Below, piece after piece: positions 14,813 through 23,851 of a stretch of 64,000 nt of DNA. The notes under the pieces were generated by a model. The model searched no databases and had not been told where the DNA came from. It saw only the letters and a program-made list of their open reading frames with translations. A program made the position numbers and the translations under genes. Source of the DNA: a virus (Duplodnaviria > Heunggongvirae > Uroviricota > Caudoviricetes); IMG/VR virus record IMGVR_UViG_3300044675_001501, positions 1 to 64,000 of that record; one strand, 5' to 3'. The number at the start of each line of letters is the position of its first letter. Positions within the stretch are counted from its first letter, which is position 1.

Positions 14813-15286
14813 CTAGTGAAGTGTATTATTACCTCTTACCACTTGCTTCTCTTCTTCCTCCTGCTGCTCTTCCTGAGGATCTTCAGCAAGAGACTTCAAA
14901 TGATCCATAAGTCTGTTCACTCTATCAGATAACTCCTCCACCGAAGAAGGTGGTTCATCAGGAACTTCGATAGTAGCTTCATATTCATTCACCAAACGAA
15001 CATAAAACGGTATAGCATATTGGTGAACTCTCTTCTCAAATACAATATCTCTTTTCTTGAATTCAAAGATCTTGTCTTCTGCGAATTTGCAGTATGGTGC
15101 TGCTGTAACATGTTCTCCGATCTCTCCATCATTCATAAAGGGAAAGCTCTTAATCAACATTGGATATTCAATTGTTACAGAGGTTTGCGATTCATCTCTT
15201 TTTACTGCCATAATTTGTTCACCAGTAACTAATTTTAAAACAACATACTCATCTTTTGCAGTTAGGTTGAATTCGTTCTCGTTCAT
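14813..15286 (-). CDS. hypothetical protein (distant paralog of 663-995) with acidic C-terminal tail
   Basis: A 157-aa ORF whose start overlaps the uvsW stop. It shares the AAPY..FAED core pattern with ORF 663-995. The tail is EDPQEEQQEEEEKQ. Confidence 0.5.
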   Translation of the reverse strand: MNENEFNLTAKDEYVVLKLVTGEQIMAVKRDESQTSVTIEYPMLIKSFPFMNDGEIGEHVTAAPYCKFAEDKIFEFKKRDIVFEKRVHQYAIPFYVRLVNEYEATIEVPDEPPSSVEELSDRVNRLMDHLKSLAEDPQEEQQEEEEKQVVRGNNTLH

Positions 15287-16770
15287 ATTTCGACCTCTAC
15301 GATCTTATAATTAAATTGTTCTTCTGAGTATGTTTTAATTCTCTCAGCGAAGTGGTTTAGCGTATGATTTTTCCAAGATTTCCAGTGAAGATCATCTGCT
15401 ATATCGTAAAGATTACATTCTGTCTTGCCATCTTTTAATCTTAGACCACGCCCAATACTTTGTAAATTGCGTATCTTACTTTTAGAAGGGGACGCAAAAA
15501 TAACATTCTCAATCGAAGGTATATTGATGCCTGTCGAGAAGGTGCCAAACGACGCAATAATGATAGCATCTTCCTCTCCCTCGCAGATATGCCTAATTGC
15601 CTCTCGATCAGATGTTTCGGTGCCACCATAAACGAAAAATACTTTTCTATCTTCATCAGCTTTTTCTTTGATTAGATCGTAAAGAACTTTTCCATGTTTC
15701 TCAACAAACTGAAAAAGAACTAGAGTATTACCACTTGACTTTACGGCAAGATTACGAATAAATCTATTTCGTTTCTCATGAGTAACTATAAAGTCCATCT
15801 CGTCTTGATAGTTATTGTTCTTTCTACCTTGACGAGTTATGTCATCGTACTTTAGTAATATACAGGTAATATTTAGATTCGCTAAACGTGATGAGTCCAT
15901 CAACGCTTTCGTTGTAGTTACTCGGTGGACTGGTCCAAATATTCCTTCAAGTACAAGTCTATGGACTTTCTTATTATCCAGTGTCCCAGTAGTGCCAATG
16001 CGATAACGTACATCGGTAAGTTTCTCCATTACTGACGTCAATGACTTCGCTTTAAACTGGTGCGCTTCATCACCAAAGATGACGTCAAACTGATTAAACC
16101 ATTGTTTTGGTTGTTTATAAATCGACTGCCATGTTGTAATTAATACGTCTTTGGTAAAATCTTTAGGAAACCCAGCATATAGTTTTTGACAGTGTCTATC
16201 AACACGCCAACCATTTGCTGAAGAATAATCTTCAAAATCTGAATATAACTGCTCAACCAAAGAGGTTGTTGGTACTACAATAATACATTTTCTTCCTTGC
16301 TCTAAATGCCATCTTAGAGTAGTATAGATAATAAATGATTTACCAGAAGCAGTTGGTGATAGTAATAGGACACGCTCATCTGTTACAGCTTTGTGAACAG
16401 CTTCTAATTGATAGTCTCTAATCTCGATAGGTTTGCCGTGACCCATTGGTTTTAGCCAATCGGCATAACTTTTAATTTCTTCTATTGAAACTATTGATTT
16501 AGATTCAACAGGAGTAATATAATTTAATTCGTATTCGTTGTTCTTAGCAAACTCTTCTACGTAGCCGAGCAATCCATTGTATAAAGTTTTTCTAAACACA
16601 TCATATAGTCTTACTTTACCATCCCATAATCTAGCTCTATACTGCGGAGTGAACCTCGCTCCTGGATATTCATAAGTGAAGAATTGTGACAACTCCTGCT
16701 CAATACCAGGATCAGCATAACAACGAATAAAAACTTCATTAATTTTTTCTACATTAATAGTACTCATCAA
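15283..16770 (-). CDS. uvsW: UvsW-like SF2 DNA/RNA helicase
   Basis: Contains helicase motif I (SPTASGKS), motif II (FGDEAHQ), and SF2 C-terminal motifs (QSIGRGLR). It is adjacent to uvsY, as in marine T4-like phages. Confidence 0.88.
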   Translation of the reverse strand: MMSTINVEKINEVFIRCYADPGIEQELSQFFTYEYPGARFTPQYRARLWDGKVRLYDVFRKTLYNGLLGYVEEFAKNNEYELNYITPVESKSIVSIEEIKSYADWLKPMGHGKPIEIRDYQLEAVHKAVTDERVLLLSPTASGKSFIIYTTLRWHLEQGRKCIIVVPTTSLVEQLYSDFEDYSSANGWRVDRHCQKLYAGFPKDFTKDVLITTWQSIYKQPKQWFNQFDVIFGDEAHQFKAKSLTSVMEKLTDVRYRIGTTGTLDNKKVHRLVLEGIFGPVHRVTTTKALMDSSRLANLNITCILLKYDDITRQGRKNNNYQDEMDFIVTHEKRNRFIRNLAVKSSGNTLVLFQFVEKHGKVLYDLIKEKADEDRKVFFVYGGTETSDREAIRHICEGEEDAIIIASFGTFSTGINIPSIENVIFASPSKSKIRNLQSIGRGLRLKDGKTECNLYDIADDLHWKSWKNHTLNHFAERIKTYSEEQFNYKIVEVEI

Positions 16771-17204
16771 GCGCCACTAATAAATTTTTTCCATTCGATA
16801 CTATTACGAATCTGCCAATCTCTTTGCTTAATTTGATTCATAATGCTCTCAAGATAACTAATAATACTTTCTAGATACTCTTGTCTAAGTTGGGCTTCTG
16901 ATAATTCAAAGTCACCCTCTAGAAACTCTTCCATCTCATTCTTCAATGGTTTAACACCTTGCCATTGTTCCCAGCCATATTGTTCCAACTCACTCTTACT
17001 TAGTTCACCTCTATAATAGCGAAACTTTAGTTGACGTAGTGTGTTGTAATCTTTCTTCGCTTTAGCAAGTTTTAACTTGTAACCGATAAGAAAATTTAAA
17101 TACTTTGCGTGAAGGTTTGGTGTCCTAACTGACTCTCGATCTAGATGATCGTCATCTATGGCACAGTCAGTTTCCCACGCTTCTTGCAGTTGCTCTAAGT
17201 TCAT
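16767..17204 (-). CDS. uvsY: UvsY recombination mediator
   Basis: Size of 145 aa, an N-terminal L..L...W..D motif, an LHAKYL motif, and its position next to uvsW all fit UvsY. Confidence 0.75.
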   Translation of the reverse strand: MNLEQLQEAWETDCAIDDDHLDRESVRTPNLHAKYLNFLIGYKLKLAKAKKDYNTLRQLKFRYYRGELSKSELEQYGWEQWQGVKPLKNEMEEFLEGDFELSEAQLRQEYLESIISYLESIMNQIKQRDWQIRNSIEWKKFISGA

Positions 17205-17230
17205 AATAACTCCAAAAACAAATAATAAAA

Positions 17231-17259
17231 ATTATACTATAATTATTGTAAAATGTCAA
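17231..17259 (-). promoter_or_regulatory. sigma70-type early promoter (TTGACA-17-TATAAT)
   Basis: Perfect hexamers with a 17-nt spacer, in the intergenic region upstream of uvsY. Confidence 0.75.
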
Positions 17260-17260
17260 A

Positions 17261-17797
17261 TTACAAGAACTTATAGTAGGAGAATCTAAATGTTGCTCTA
17301 CCGATTAAATACTGAACATCTTGTTGAACTGAAGAAAATTGTAAAGAATCAATATTCGTTGGGAACAAGTCAATAAACTCAACAGTTTGTGATGGTCTGT
17401 TATTGTTAGTGAGGATAGTTAGCGTTGCGTCTGAGTAGTTGCTTGCTAGTTCATTAAGTTGACCACGTTGCTCTTCTGTTAGAAATGATGTATATTGAGT
17501 GTAAGATTCTGGGAATCCTAATGCAACAAGCCAATTATAAACAGACTTGTAGTTAGCCATATCTTCGTCAACCAAGAACTGAATAGTTAATTGATCATAA
17601 GTTAGTGTTTCACCTGGAATCGGAACTCTAGCAAATGGGTTAACGAATTCAGGATCACCTAGAGTTATTCCTGGTAAATTAACTTCTTGACAAAAGAATG
17701 ATAGTGCTGGTAATTTTTGAATAGAAAACTGAAACCCTACTGGCGACAGAGGGTTTATATTATCTGGTGTCGGGCAAGTAAAAATTCTGTTAGACAT
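17261..17797 (-). CDS. gp3: tail-tube-fold protein in the gp3 position (tail tube terminator / sheath stabiliser)
   Basis: 178 aa, compared with 176 aa for T4 gp3. The N-terminus, F.F.I.KLP...F.CQ.VNLPGI, is typical of the T4 gp19-like tube fold. It lies between gp23 and uvsY, as in marine T4-like phages. Confidence 0.55.
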   Translation of the reverse strand: MSNRIFTCPTPDNINPLSPVGFQFSIQKLPALSFFCQEVNLPGITLGDPEFVNPFARVPIPGETLTYDQLTIQFLVDEDMANYKSVYNWLVALGFPESYTQYTSFLTEEQRGQLNELASNYSDATLTILTNNNRPSQTVEFIDLFPTNIDSLQFSSVQQDVQYLIGRATFRFSYYKFL

Positions 17798-17823
17798 AAT
17801 TCACCTATTAATTGTAGTATCAC

Positions 17824-17831
17824 TATTTATA
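17824..17831 (-). promoter_or_regulatory. T4-type late promoter TATAAATA
   Basis: Exact TATAAATA on the minus strand, 27 nt upstream of the gp3-like ATG and immediately after the gp23 terminator. Confidence 0.6.
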
Positions 17832-17833
17832 AT

Positions 17834-17863
17834 GAAAAAAAGGAGGGACGAAAGTCCCTCCTT
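17834..17863 (-). terminator. rho-independent terminator after gp23
   Basis: A 10-bp stem, AAGGAGGGAC/GTCCCTCCTT, with a 4-nt loop, followed on the minus strand by TTTTTTT. Confidence 0.85.
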
Positions 17864-17903
17864 AAAACGCTACTCTTAGGTGGTAGCTTCGTAACCTTAA
17901 AAA

Positions 17904-19211
17904 TTACATTAGGTTAGAAACGAATACCTTACGGAAGTAGTAGTTACTTGCTGACTGTAGGTTTGAACCATTTCCGTCTAGTTGAACGAATGGGTTAGAA
18001 ACCATACCGTAGCGAGTCTTGAAGCCAATCTTAGGCTGGAAGCTCTCTGGATCAACTGCACGAACCAACTGTAGTGGAACGTATGGGCAGTAGAATAGAC
18101 CAGCGTCGAATGCGGAAGCACCCTTATAGCCAACCATGAAGAATTGGTTGTTACCACCGTTACCTGCATATGGATCAACATATACACGGAAACGACCGTT
18201 TAGAACACCTGCGAAGGTAGTTGATGCTTCATCGATTGCTAGACCTTTGTTTGCTTCTAGAGCTGGAGTGTAATCTAGTACACCTGCCATTGCTAGAGCA
18301 GAAGCAACATCAGAAGAACAAACGATAAAGTTACCCTTACCACGACGTGTTTGCTGAGCAATTACGTTAGCATCACGTTCGATTTGGAACATTAGTCCCT
18401 TGAACTTTTCAACGCTCCAACGACCATTAGCGTCAACGTCTAGGTCAAAAGTACCTGCTGATGCTGTACCAGCTTGTGCACCTGGCTTAGCAACTTTGTA
18501 AACAGTACGGATGACTTCACGGTTGATTTCAGCAAGAATCTCAGTTGAGAGAATGTTGCTTAGTTCGCCTTCAGCATCTAGACCATGAACGCTCTTTAGA
18601 TCTTGAGCAAGTTCAATAGTGTATTCTGCTTTTAGAGCACGGCTCTTAGCAGTAACACTGGTCTTTTCGATTGAGAAAGACATCTCGTTGAAAGTACCGT
18701 CACCAGTACCACCAGCGCCTAATGCTTCAGCAGCAGCGGTTGTTAGACCAGTACCGTTGGTAGCATTGTTAGCTGTTGGTTCACCAGTTGAGTGAGTACC
18801 TGTACCAGAGAAATCTGTATCTGCTTCGTTGAAGAGAGCTTCAGTACCATTTTGTGCACTGTAACGGCTCTTCATTGCGAAGATTAGACCTGTTGGTTGT
18901 GTCATTGGCTGAACACCGCAGATGTCATAAGCGATCATCTGTGGCATTGCGCGACGGACTAGGCTGATTAGAACTGGGTCGTAACCTGCCATTTGTGCAT
19001 TAGTACCAGCACCGCCAAGAGCGATACCAGAACCACCTGCGTTAACGTGAGTACCAGTTTCGAAAAGTGCTGACTTTTCTTCTTTAAGAGCCTTTTCTTG
19101 GTTCTCTAGAAGAACTGCAGTAACTTCCTTACGGTAGTTGTCTCTAATTCCTGGCAGAGAGTCATGCTCTAGGATTGGCTGCCATTTCTTTAATAGATCT
19201 TGACGATTCAT
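17904..19211 (-). CDS. gp23: major capsid protein gp23
   Basis: Size of 435 aa, typical of marine T4-likes, and HK97-fold T4 gp23-like motifs (LLENQ, DP.L..L.RR..P...A.D..GVQPM..P.G). The position after gp22 supports the call. Confidence 0.92.
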   Translation of the reverse strand: MNRQDLLKKWQPILEHDSLPGIRDNYRKEVTAVLLENQEKALKEEKSALFETGTHVNAGGSGIALGGAGTNAQMAGYDPVLISLVRRAMPQMIAYDICGVQPMTQPTGLIFAMKSRYSAQNGTEALFNEADTDFSGTGTHSTGEPTANNATNGTGLTTAAAEALGAGGTGDGTFNEMSFSIEKTSVTAKSRALKAEYTIELAQDLKSVHGLDAEGELSNILSTEILAEINREVIRTVYKVAKPGAQAGTASAGTFDLDVDANGRWSVEKFKGLMFQIERDANVIAQQTRRGKGNFIVCSSDVASALAMAGVLDYTPALEANKGLAIDEASTTFAGVLNGRFRVYVDPYAGNGGNNQFFMVGYKGASAFDAGLFYCPYVPLQLVRAVDPESFQPKIGFKTRYGMVSNPFVQLDGNGSNLQSASNYYFRKVFVSNLM

Positions 19212-19234
19212 TTTACTTAACTCCTTGGGTTGAT

Positions 19235-20251
19235 TTACTTCTTAATGGAATTCAAAACTTGCAAGTATGACTTAATAGATGGATCTACGATCTTATCTTC
19301 AGTCAAGGTAACAGCTTCGTCGCTAACGACAGAAGATACTACGCTACTTGTTGTCTTCTTATCACCGAAATAATTTTCGCGAATAGTCTGAAGTTTTGTT
19401 TTAAATGTTTCTTGATTTTCGTAAGATAGTTCTTCAGCTAGACCTTTGAACTTCTCAACTTCTGTGTCGGTTAGACCAGATGTTGCTTCTTCAATAGTCT
19501 TTTGACGAGCCATCTCATCAAGAGTTTTATTCAACGCAACATTCTTTTCAGTAGTTTCGTTTAGTTTATCCTCAAGAGTTGCAATATGCTGTTCCATTTC
19601 TCCTAGAACATCATACTTCTCTTCAGGAACGTCGATGTAGTGCTCTTCAAATAGACCTTTTAGACCACCAACAAAACTTTCAAGAATGTCAGACTTCATA
19701 CCAGATTCAAGGGCAATTTCATTTTGTTCCATCCACTGCTCGACAACGTAGTCGAGATATCCATCAACCTTTTCAACAAGACCCTCTTTTACTTGTTCAA
19801 CTTGTTCTGCAAGTTGAGTTTGGTATTCTTCTTCGATACGTGCTAGTTCTGACTTAACACGTGTCATAACTGCAGCTTCAAAGATTGTTTCTGCTTTCTG
19901 ACGGAATTCTTCTGAGAAGCCTTCTTCGCCATTAAATAAAGCATCTACGTCTTCTTTGACGCTCTTTAGATGAGATCCTTCTGGTGCGGATGCGCCAGCT
20001 GTAACTTTGTTAGCGGTCTTAGAAGTACCACCTTCAGCAGCTTTCTCATCAGTTACTGCGTTTTTCTTATTCTCTGGATTATCTCCAGCGACAGAGGTAA
20101 CGCCATCGGTCTTACCGTTAGCAGCCTCTTCATCTAATTCTTCTTCTACTACTGTAGTTTCGCTGTCTAACTCTTCGGCAACAGTCTCTTCAGCTAATTG
20201 AGCTTTTTTAGATTCTGCCAAGAGTTCAGCAATTTTTTGTTCGATAGACAT
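19235..20251 (-). CDS. gp22: prohead core scaffold protein gp22
   Basis: Highly acidic, coiled-coil-rich, 338 aa, and located between gp21 and gp23. Confidence 0.8.
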   Translation of the reverse strand: MSIEQKIAELLAESKKAQLAEETVAEELDSETTVVEEELDEEAANGKTDGVTSVAGDNPENKKNAVTDEKAAEGGTSKTANKVTAGASAPEGSHLKSVKEDVDALFNGEEGFSEEFRQKAETIFEAAVMTRVKSELARIEEEYQTQLAEQVEQVKEGLVEKVDGYLDYVVEQWMEQNEIALESGMKSDILESFVGGLKGLFEEHYIDVPEEKYDVLGEMEQHIATLEDKLNETTEKNVALNKTLDEMARQKTIEEATSGLTDTEVEKFKGLAEELSYENQETFKTKLQTIRENYFGDKKTTSSVVSSVVSDEAVTLTEDKIVDPSIKSYLQVLNSIKK

Positions 20252-20286
20252 CTGTAATCTCCTATTGGAATGATTCTCTAATAAAT

Positions 20287-20294
20287 TATTTATA
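20287..20294 (-). promoter_or_regulatory. T4-type late promoter TATAAATA
   Basis: Exact TATAAATA on the minus strand, 36 nt upstream of the gp22 ATG. Confidence 0.6.
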
Positions 20295-20296
20295 AG

Positions 20297-20950
20297 TTAT
20301 TTGATTTTACTTAAAAAGTATTCAAAAGCACGAATCTTCGCTTCCACCAATTGCTTAGAGGATGCTTGTTTAATTGAATGCTTTACAGCATCAATGTGCT
20401 TCTCCACAAAGTTTCCATCAACGTAAATCCATTCTTTACTTTCCATAACTCCACGGACGAAAGCCTCTGGAGCTGAAGGGTCGGCTACGATGTCAGCGGC
20501 AGTAGATAACATAAAGTCATCCTGTACTACTTGGACGCCTTCTTCGTTTTCTTTTAGAGAACCAAGTGCTCTACTAGAAACTCCAAGATTAGCGCCACCG
20601 TCTAACAATCCTTTAGCAATCTGACCCATTGGTGTGTCAAGAATTTTTGCCTTACCAACATAGTTGGTTCCCTCTTTTTTAAGAGAGGTGATTAAATGAG
20701 AAACTCGCTCTAAATTAATGGAAGGGTTTTCAGGATGTCCCAGCTCTCCATATGCACGATTTTTCTCAACGTATTCTTTAATGTAACGATCGACTTCTTT
20801 ATCCATAATGTCTTCTGAATACATACGACCATTACGGTTTACTAATTCTGATTGAAGGAAGATACCTTCAATAAAATATTGTTTACCCTTGCCGAGTTTT
20901 TCCTCAACAATAAGTTTTGGTGTCTCGATAAATTCTCTAATTAGTTTCAT
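20297..20950 (-). CDS. gp21: prohead core protease gp21
   Basis: Contains the N.RMY motif and GELGHP..P motifs of the T4 gp21 prohead protease family. Synteny supports the call. Confidence 0.88.
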   Translation of the reverse strand: MKLIREFIETPKLIVEEKLGKGKQYFIEGIFLQSELVNRNGRMYSEDIMDKEVDRYIKEYVEKNRAYGELGHPENPSINLERVSHLITSLKKEGTNYVGKAKILDTPMGQIAKGLLDGGANLGVSSRALGSLKENEEGVQVVQDDFMLSTAADIVADPSAPEAFVRGVMESKEWIYVDGNFVEKHIDAVKHSIKQASSKQLVEAKIRAFEYFLSKIK

Positions 20951-20951
20951 T

Positions 20952-21359
20952 TTAGCTTCCTACTGCGTTAGGATTATCATAAGAACCAAATCTAACTGGT
21001 TCGAAAGGAGTATTATATCCATCAACTTTCTTTAGATGCATAACAATACTTCCAGGTCCAGTAAAAGTGGCAATAATATCATGCGTTGATTGATCAGTTA
21101 TCGCCCATTCGGCTTCGACGAACTGATTATTTCCATATAGATCAGCAACAGTTACTGAGTTTCTTTGTAGTTTGATGTTATCATTAGTGCTAGTTAATAC
21201 AGCAGTAATGTAAACAGTTTGAGTTGCGCCAATTGTTTCATTGGTCATTTTTAAATCAGTCTGTAAATCAATAGTAGCTGCGTCTGCTGCAGTTGTTGCT
21301 ACGATTCTAACAATAGCATCAGTTGTAGTTAATTTTGTAACCGTTTTTGTAGCTGCCAT
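20952..21359 (-). CDS. hypothetical beta-rich protein in the head module
   Basis: A 135-aa ORF tightly packed between head genes. No motif recognised. Confidence 0.45.
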   Translation of the reverse strand: MAATKTVTKLTTTDAIVRIVATTAADAATIDLQTDLKMTNETIGATQTVYITAVLTSTNDNIKLQRNSVTVADLYGNNQFVEAEWAITDQSTHDIIATFTGPGSIVMHLKKVDGYNTPFEPVRFGSYDNPNAVGS

Positions 21360-21360
21360 T

Positions 21361-21921
21361 TTATTCCTCTGTTAACAAATCTATCACTTGTAGAAAATTC
21401 TCTTTATTTTCCCTCATATAATCCAACACTTCTTTTTGATCTTTCAATATATTATTTAGATATTCCTGTGTATGCAAATCGATAACTACTTTAGAGCCAT
21501 CAGCTAACACATAATCAATTTTATCTTCAAAAATGCAATCATGTTTGTTTAATTTTCTGATTGCTTGAACTGTTGAATCAACGGTAAAAACCTTAGAAGA
21601 GGCGAGATCAATATAATGTTCTAGTATATTATCTGTAACTTTTATATTGTGCTCTTCTTTTATTATTGACGCGATCTTATTTTCTAACACTTCTTCATAG
21701 ATATCTTTAGACACTTCTTGTTCGATATATTGTAACTTATTTTGTTGTCTAAGGTAAGATCTCGCCTCATCTAAGGTCTTGAACTCAGTTTCAACATTGC
21801 TAATAAAGACTTTACCTTCCTCTGTTAAATACAATGGAATGTTAAATGCAGAGCTCTGTTCTACAATTTTCTTCTGTAGAACAGAACCCTTTACTTTATT
21901 AGCGAATTGCTTAAAATACAT
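21361..21921 (-). CDS. hypothetical head-module protein (position of T4 gp68 prohead core protein)
   Basis: A 186-aa ORF. The assignment rests on position only. Confidence 0.35.
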   Translation of the reverse strand: MYFKQFANKVKGSVLQKKIVEQSSAFNIPLYLTEEGKVFISNVETEFKTLDEARSYLRQQNKLQYIEQEVSKDIYEEVLENKIASIIKEEHNIKVTDNILEHYIDLASSKVFTVDSTVQAIRKLNKHDCIFEDKIDYVLADGSKVVIDLHTQEYLNNILKDQKEVLDYMRENKENFLQVIDLLTEE

Positions 21922-21927
21922 ATTAGA

Positions 21928-22257
21928 TTATTTGGTTTTAGCTTTTTCAGCTGCTTGTTTTTCAGCACGCTTTTTAGCAGCCAAAGCCTCTAGACCAGGA
22001 TTAGTGAAAGCTCCTTCTTTCATGTCTTCCTTCTCGTCTTCATCTTCATCATCTTCTTTTTCATCTTCTTTCTCATCTTCGTCTTCTTCTTTGTCTTTAG
22101 CCTCAGCTACTTGAGAAGCGAACATATTTTTAGCAACTTCTTGTCTAAATGTATCAAGTTTAGTAGCAACTTTATCTGCCATAATACCCTCAAACGCTGC
22201 TTCAATCTCTAAGGTTTTCCCAGAGTCAATTGCATCAATTAGTTGTCTTGCGTTCAT
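21928..22257 (-). CDS. acidic prohead core protein (position of T4 gp67)
   Basis: 109 aa with a D/E/K low-complexity block (KDKEEDEDEKEDEKEDDEDEDEKED). It lies immediately after the portal gene. Confidence 0.4.
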   Translation of the reverse strand: MNARQLIDAIDSGKTLEIEAAFEGIMADKVATKLDTFRQEVAKNMFASQVAEAKDKEEDEDEKEDEKEDDEDEDEKEDMKEGAFTNPGLEALAAKKRAEKQAAEKAKTK

Positions 22258-23828
22258 TTCTGATCTCCTGTTTGTTGTTCCTCGTCTGGCATATACGCTT
22301 GTTGAGTTTGCGCAGCCATACCTTGTTGCATACCAGCCATCATACCCATACGTTCAGCATGGTCTAAGTGTTCTTCCTCTTCTTCTTCAATCTGACTTTC
22401 AATTTCTTCAATTTCTTTTTCAGATTGTCTAAGGATATTCTTTCTAACCCATTCTTTAGAATAGTATTTACCAACCATCTGATTTTGTTCTAACATCATT
22501 AGAAGGTTAATTCTATTTGTTAGAATTTCAGAATCTTTTAATTCAGCATAGTAGTTATCTTTATGGTAACTAAACTTGATAAGAGGAAGCATATCTGCCC
22601 ACTCATCATCACGAATAATACCTTTAGCTACTAACTGAATCTTTAATGCGTCAGTAAATAAACTTGTAAATCTCTTACGAATACGTTGGATGAATTTATT
22701 AAATTTAACTTCATCTCTAGTAATCTCGCTGCTCTTGCCAAGATTAAATCCATTATCGGATTGCATTCTAGTAGCAGGAACATTCAATGCTTGATATAGT
22801 TTACGTTGGAAATATTCAATATCTTGAATTTCTCCAAGATTGGTGCCTCCAGGTAGAGTAGTAATTTCAGTACCCTTACCACCTTCACGACGTGGCATCC
22901 AAAAATCTTCAAGCATCGACATATGTTTTCTGTCGTCACGAACTTCGCCAGTACTAGCATCATACTGTATCTTATTGCGAAACTTATTCATAATATCATT
23001 GACGTATTGCTCAGCTCTAATCTTAGGCAAGTTACCTACGTCAATGTAAAAAATTCTACGCTCAGGTGCTCTACTAATACGATAGATAACCAAAGCATCT
23101 TCCATAAACTTCAACTGGTTAGTTGGCTTAATTGCTTTATGCAAATAACTTAAAACCATACCAGTGTTAGAATCTAAGAATCCAGAATGAGCATATATTA
23201 CAGAATCTATAGAGAGTTTAACTCCCTGAACATTATTCTCTGTAATACCTTTATCATTATAGATATAGTATTCCTCAACTTCTTTAACAACCTCAACACC
23301 GTTAGGTTGTCTTTCCTTCTTAATATTCTTGACCTTGCGAATCTTTCTTGGGTCAATATAACGAAGTTCTACGATACCTTCTTTAACTTTATTTGGATCA
23401 ATCAGTATATGATAGAATAATCTTCCATCAACATACCAAGATCTAAAGATATCATGCGATCTAGTTTGAAAATCTAATAGCTGAAGAACAGTAGAGAACT
23501 CTTCTCTAATTTTAGACTTGATACCAGTTGATACTTTTAAGTCATCTAAGACAATATCAACTGGCATCTTGTTTTCATCTGCTACGATCGACTCATTAAC
23601 AATATCTTCAATAGCGCTGTCTACATCTGCATACTGTGCGATTTCACGGTAACGACGGATTAGATCATTTTCATTTTTAATGATCGAATCCATATCAAGC
23701 ACCATGCTATAATAAGCAGCAGCACTTGATATGGTCGTTGCGCCATCGTCTTGAGCTGGAGCAACTACACTAGGTACTTGCTTCTCAATACTCTTGCGCT
23801 TTATCTCAAAGCCAAAAAACTCAGCCAT
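22254..23828 (-). CDS. gp20: portal vertex protein gp20
   Basis: Size of 524 aa, T4 gp20-like motifs (Y.R.P.RR, F.MP) and synteny with gp19. Confidence 0.9.
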   Translation of the reverse strand: MAEFFGFEIKRKSIEKQVPSVVAPAQDDGATTISSAAAYYSMVLDMDSIIKNENDLIRRYREIAQYADVDSAIEDIVNESIVADENKMPVDIVLDDLKVSTGIKSKIREEFSTVLQLLDFQTRSHDIFRSWYVDGRLFYHILIDPNKVKEGIVELRYIDPRKIRKVKNIKKERQPNGVEVVKEVEEYYIYNDKGITENNVQGVKLSIDSVIYAHSGFLDSNTGMVLSYLHKAIKPTNQLKFMEDALVIYRISRAPERRIFYIDVGNLPKIRAEQYVNDIMNKFRNKIQYDASTGEVRDDRKHMSMLEDFWMPRREGGKGTEITTLPGGTNLGEIQDIEYFQRKLYQALNVPATRMQSDNGFNLGKSSEITRDEVKFNKFIQRIRKRFTSLFTDALKIQLVAKGIIRDDEWADMLPLIKFSYHKDNYYAELKDSEILTNRINLLMMLEQNQMVGKYYSKEWVRKNILRQSEKEIEEIESQIEEEEEEHLDHAERMGMMAGMQQGMAAQTQQAYMPDEEQQTGDQK

Positions 23829-23851
23829 ACTATAAAATCCTCAAGTTATAA

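Noticed and set aside
21779-22114. A plus-strand ORF with a striking poly-Ser/Phe tail (SSFSSSSSSSSFSSSFSSSSSS).
   Set aside because: It is the antisense reading of the GA-rich codons that encode the acidic D/E/K block of the gp67-position protein on the minus strand.
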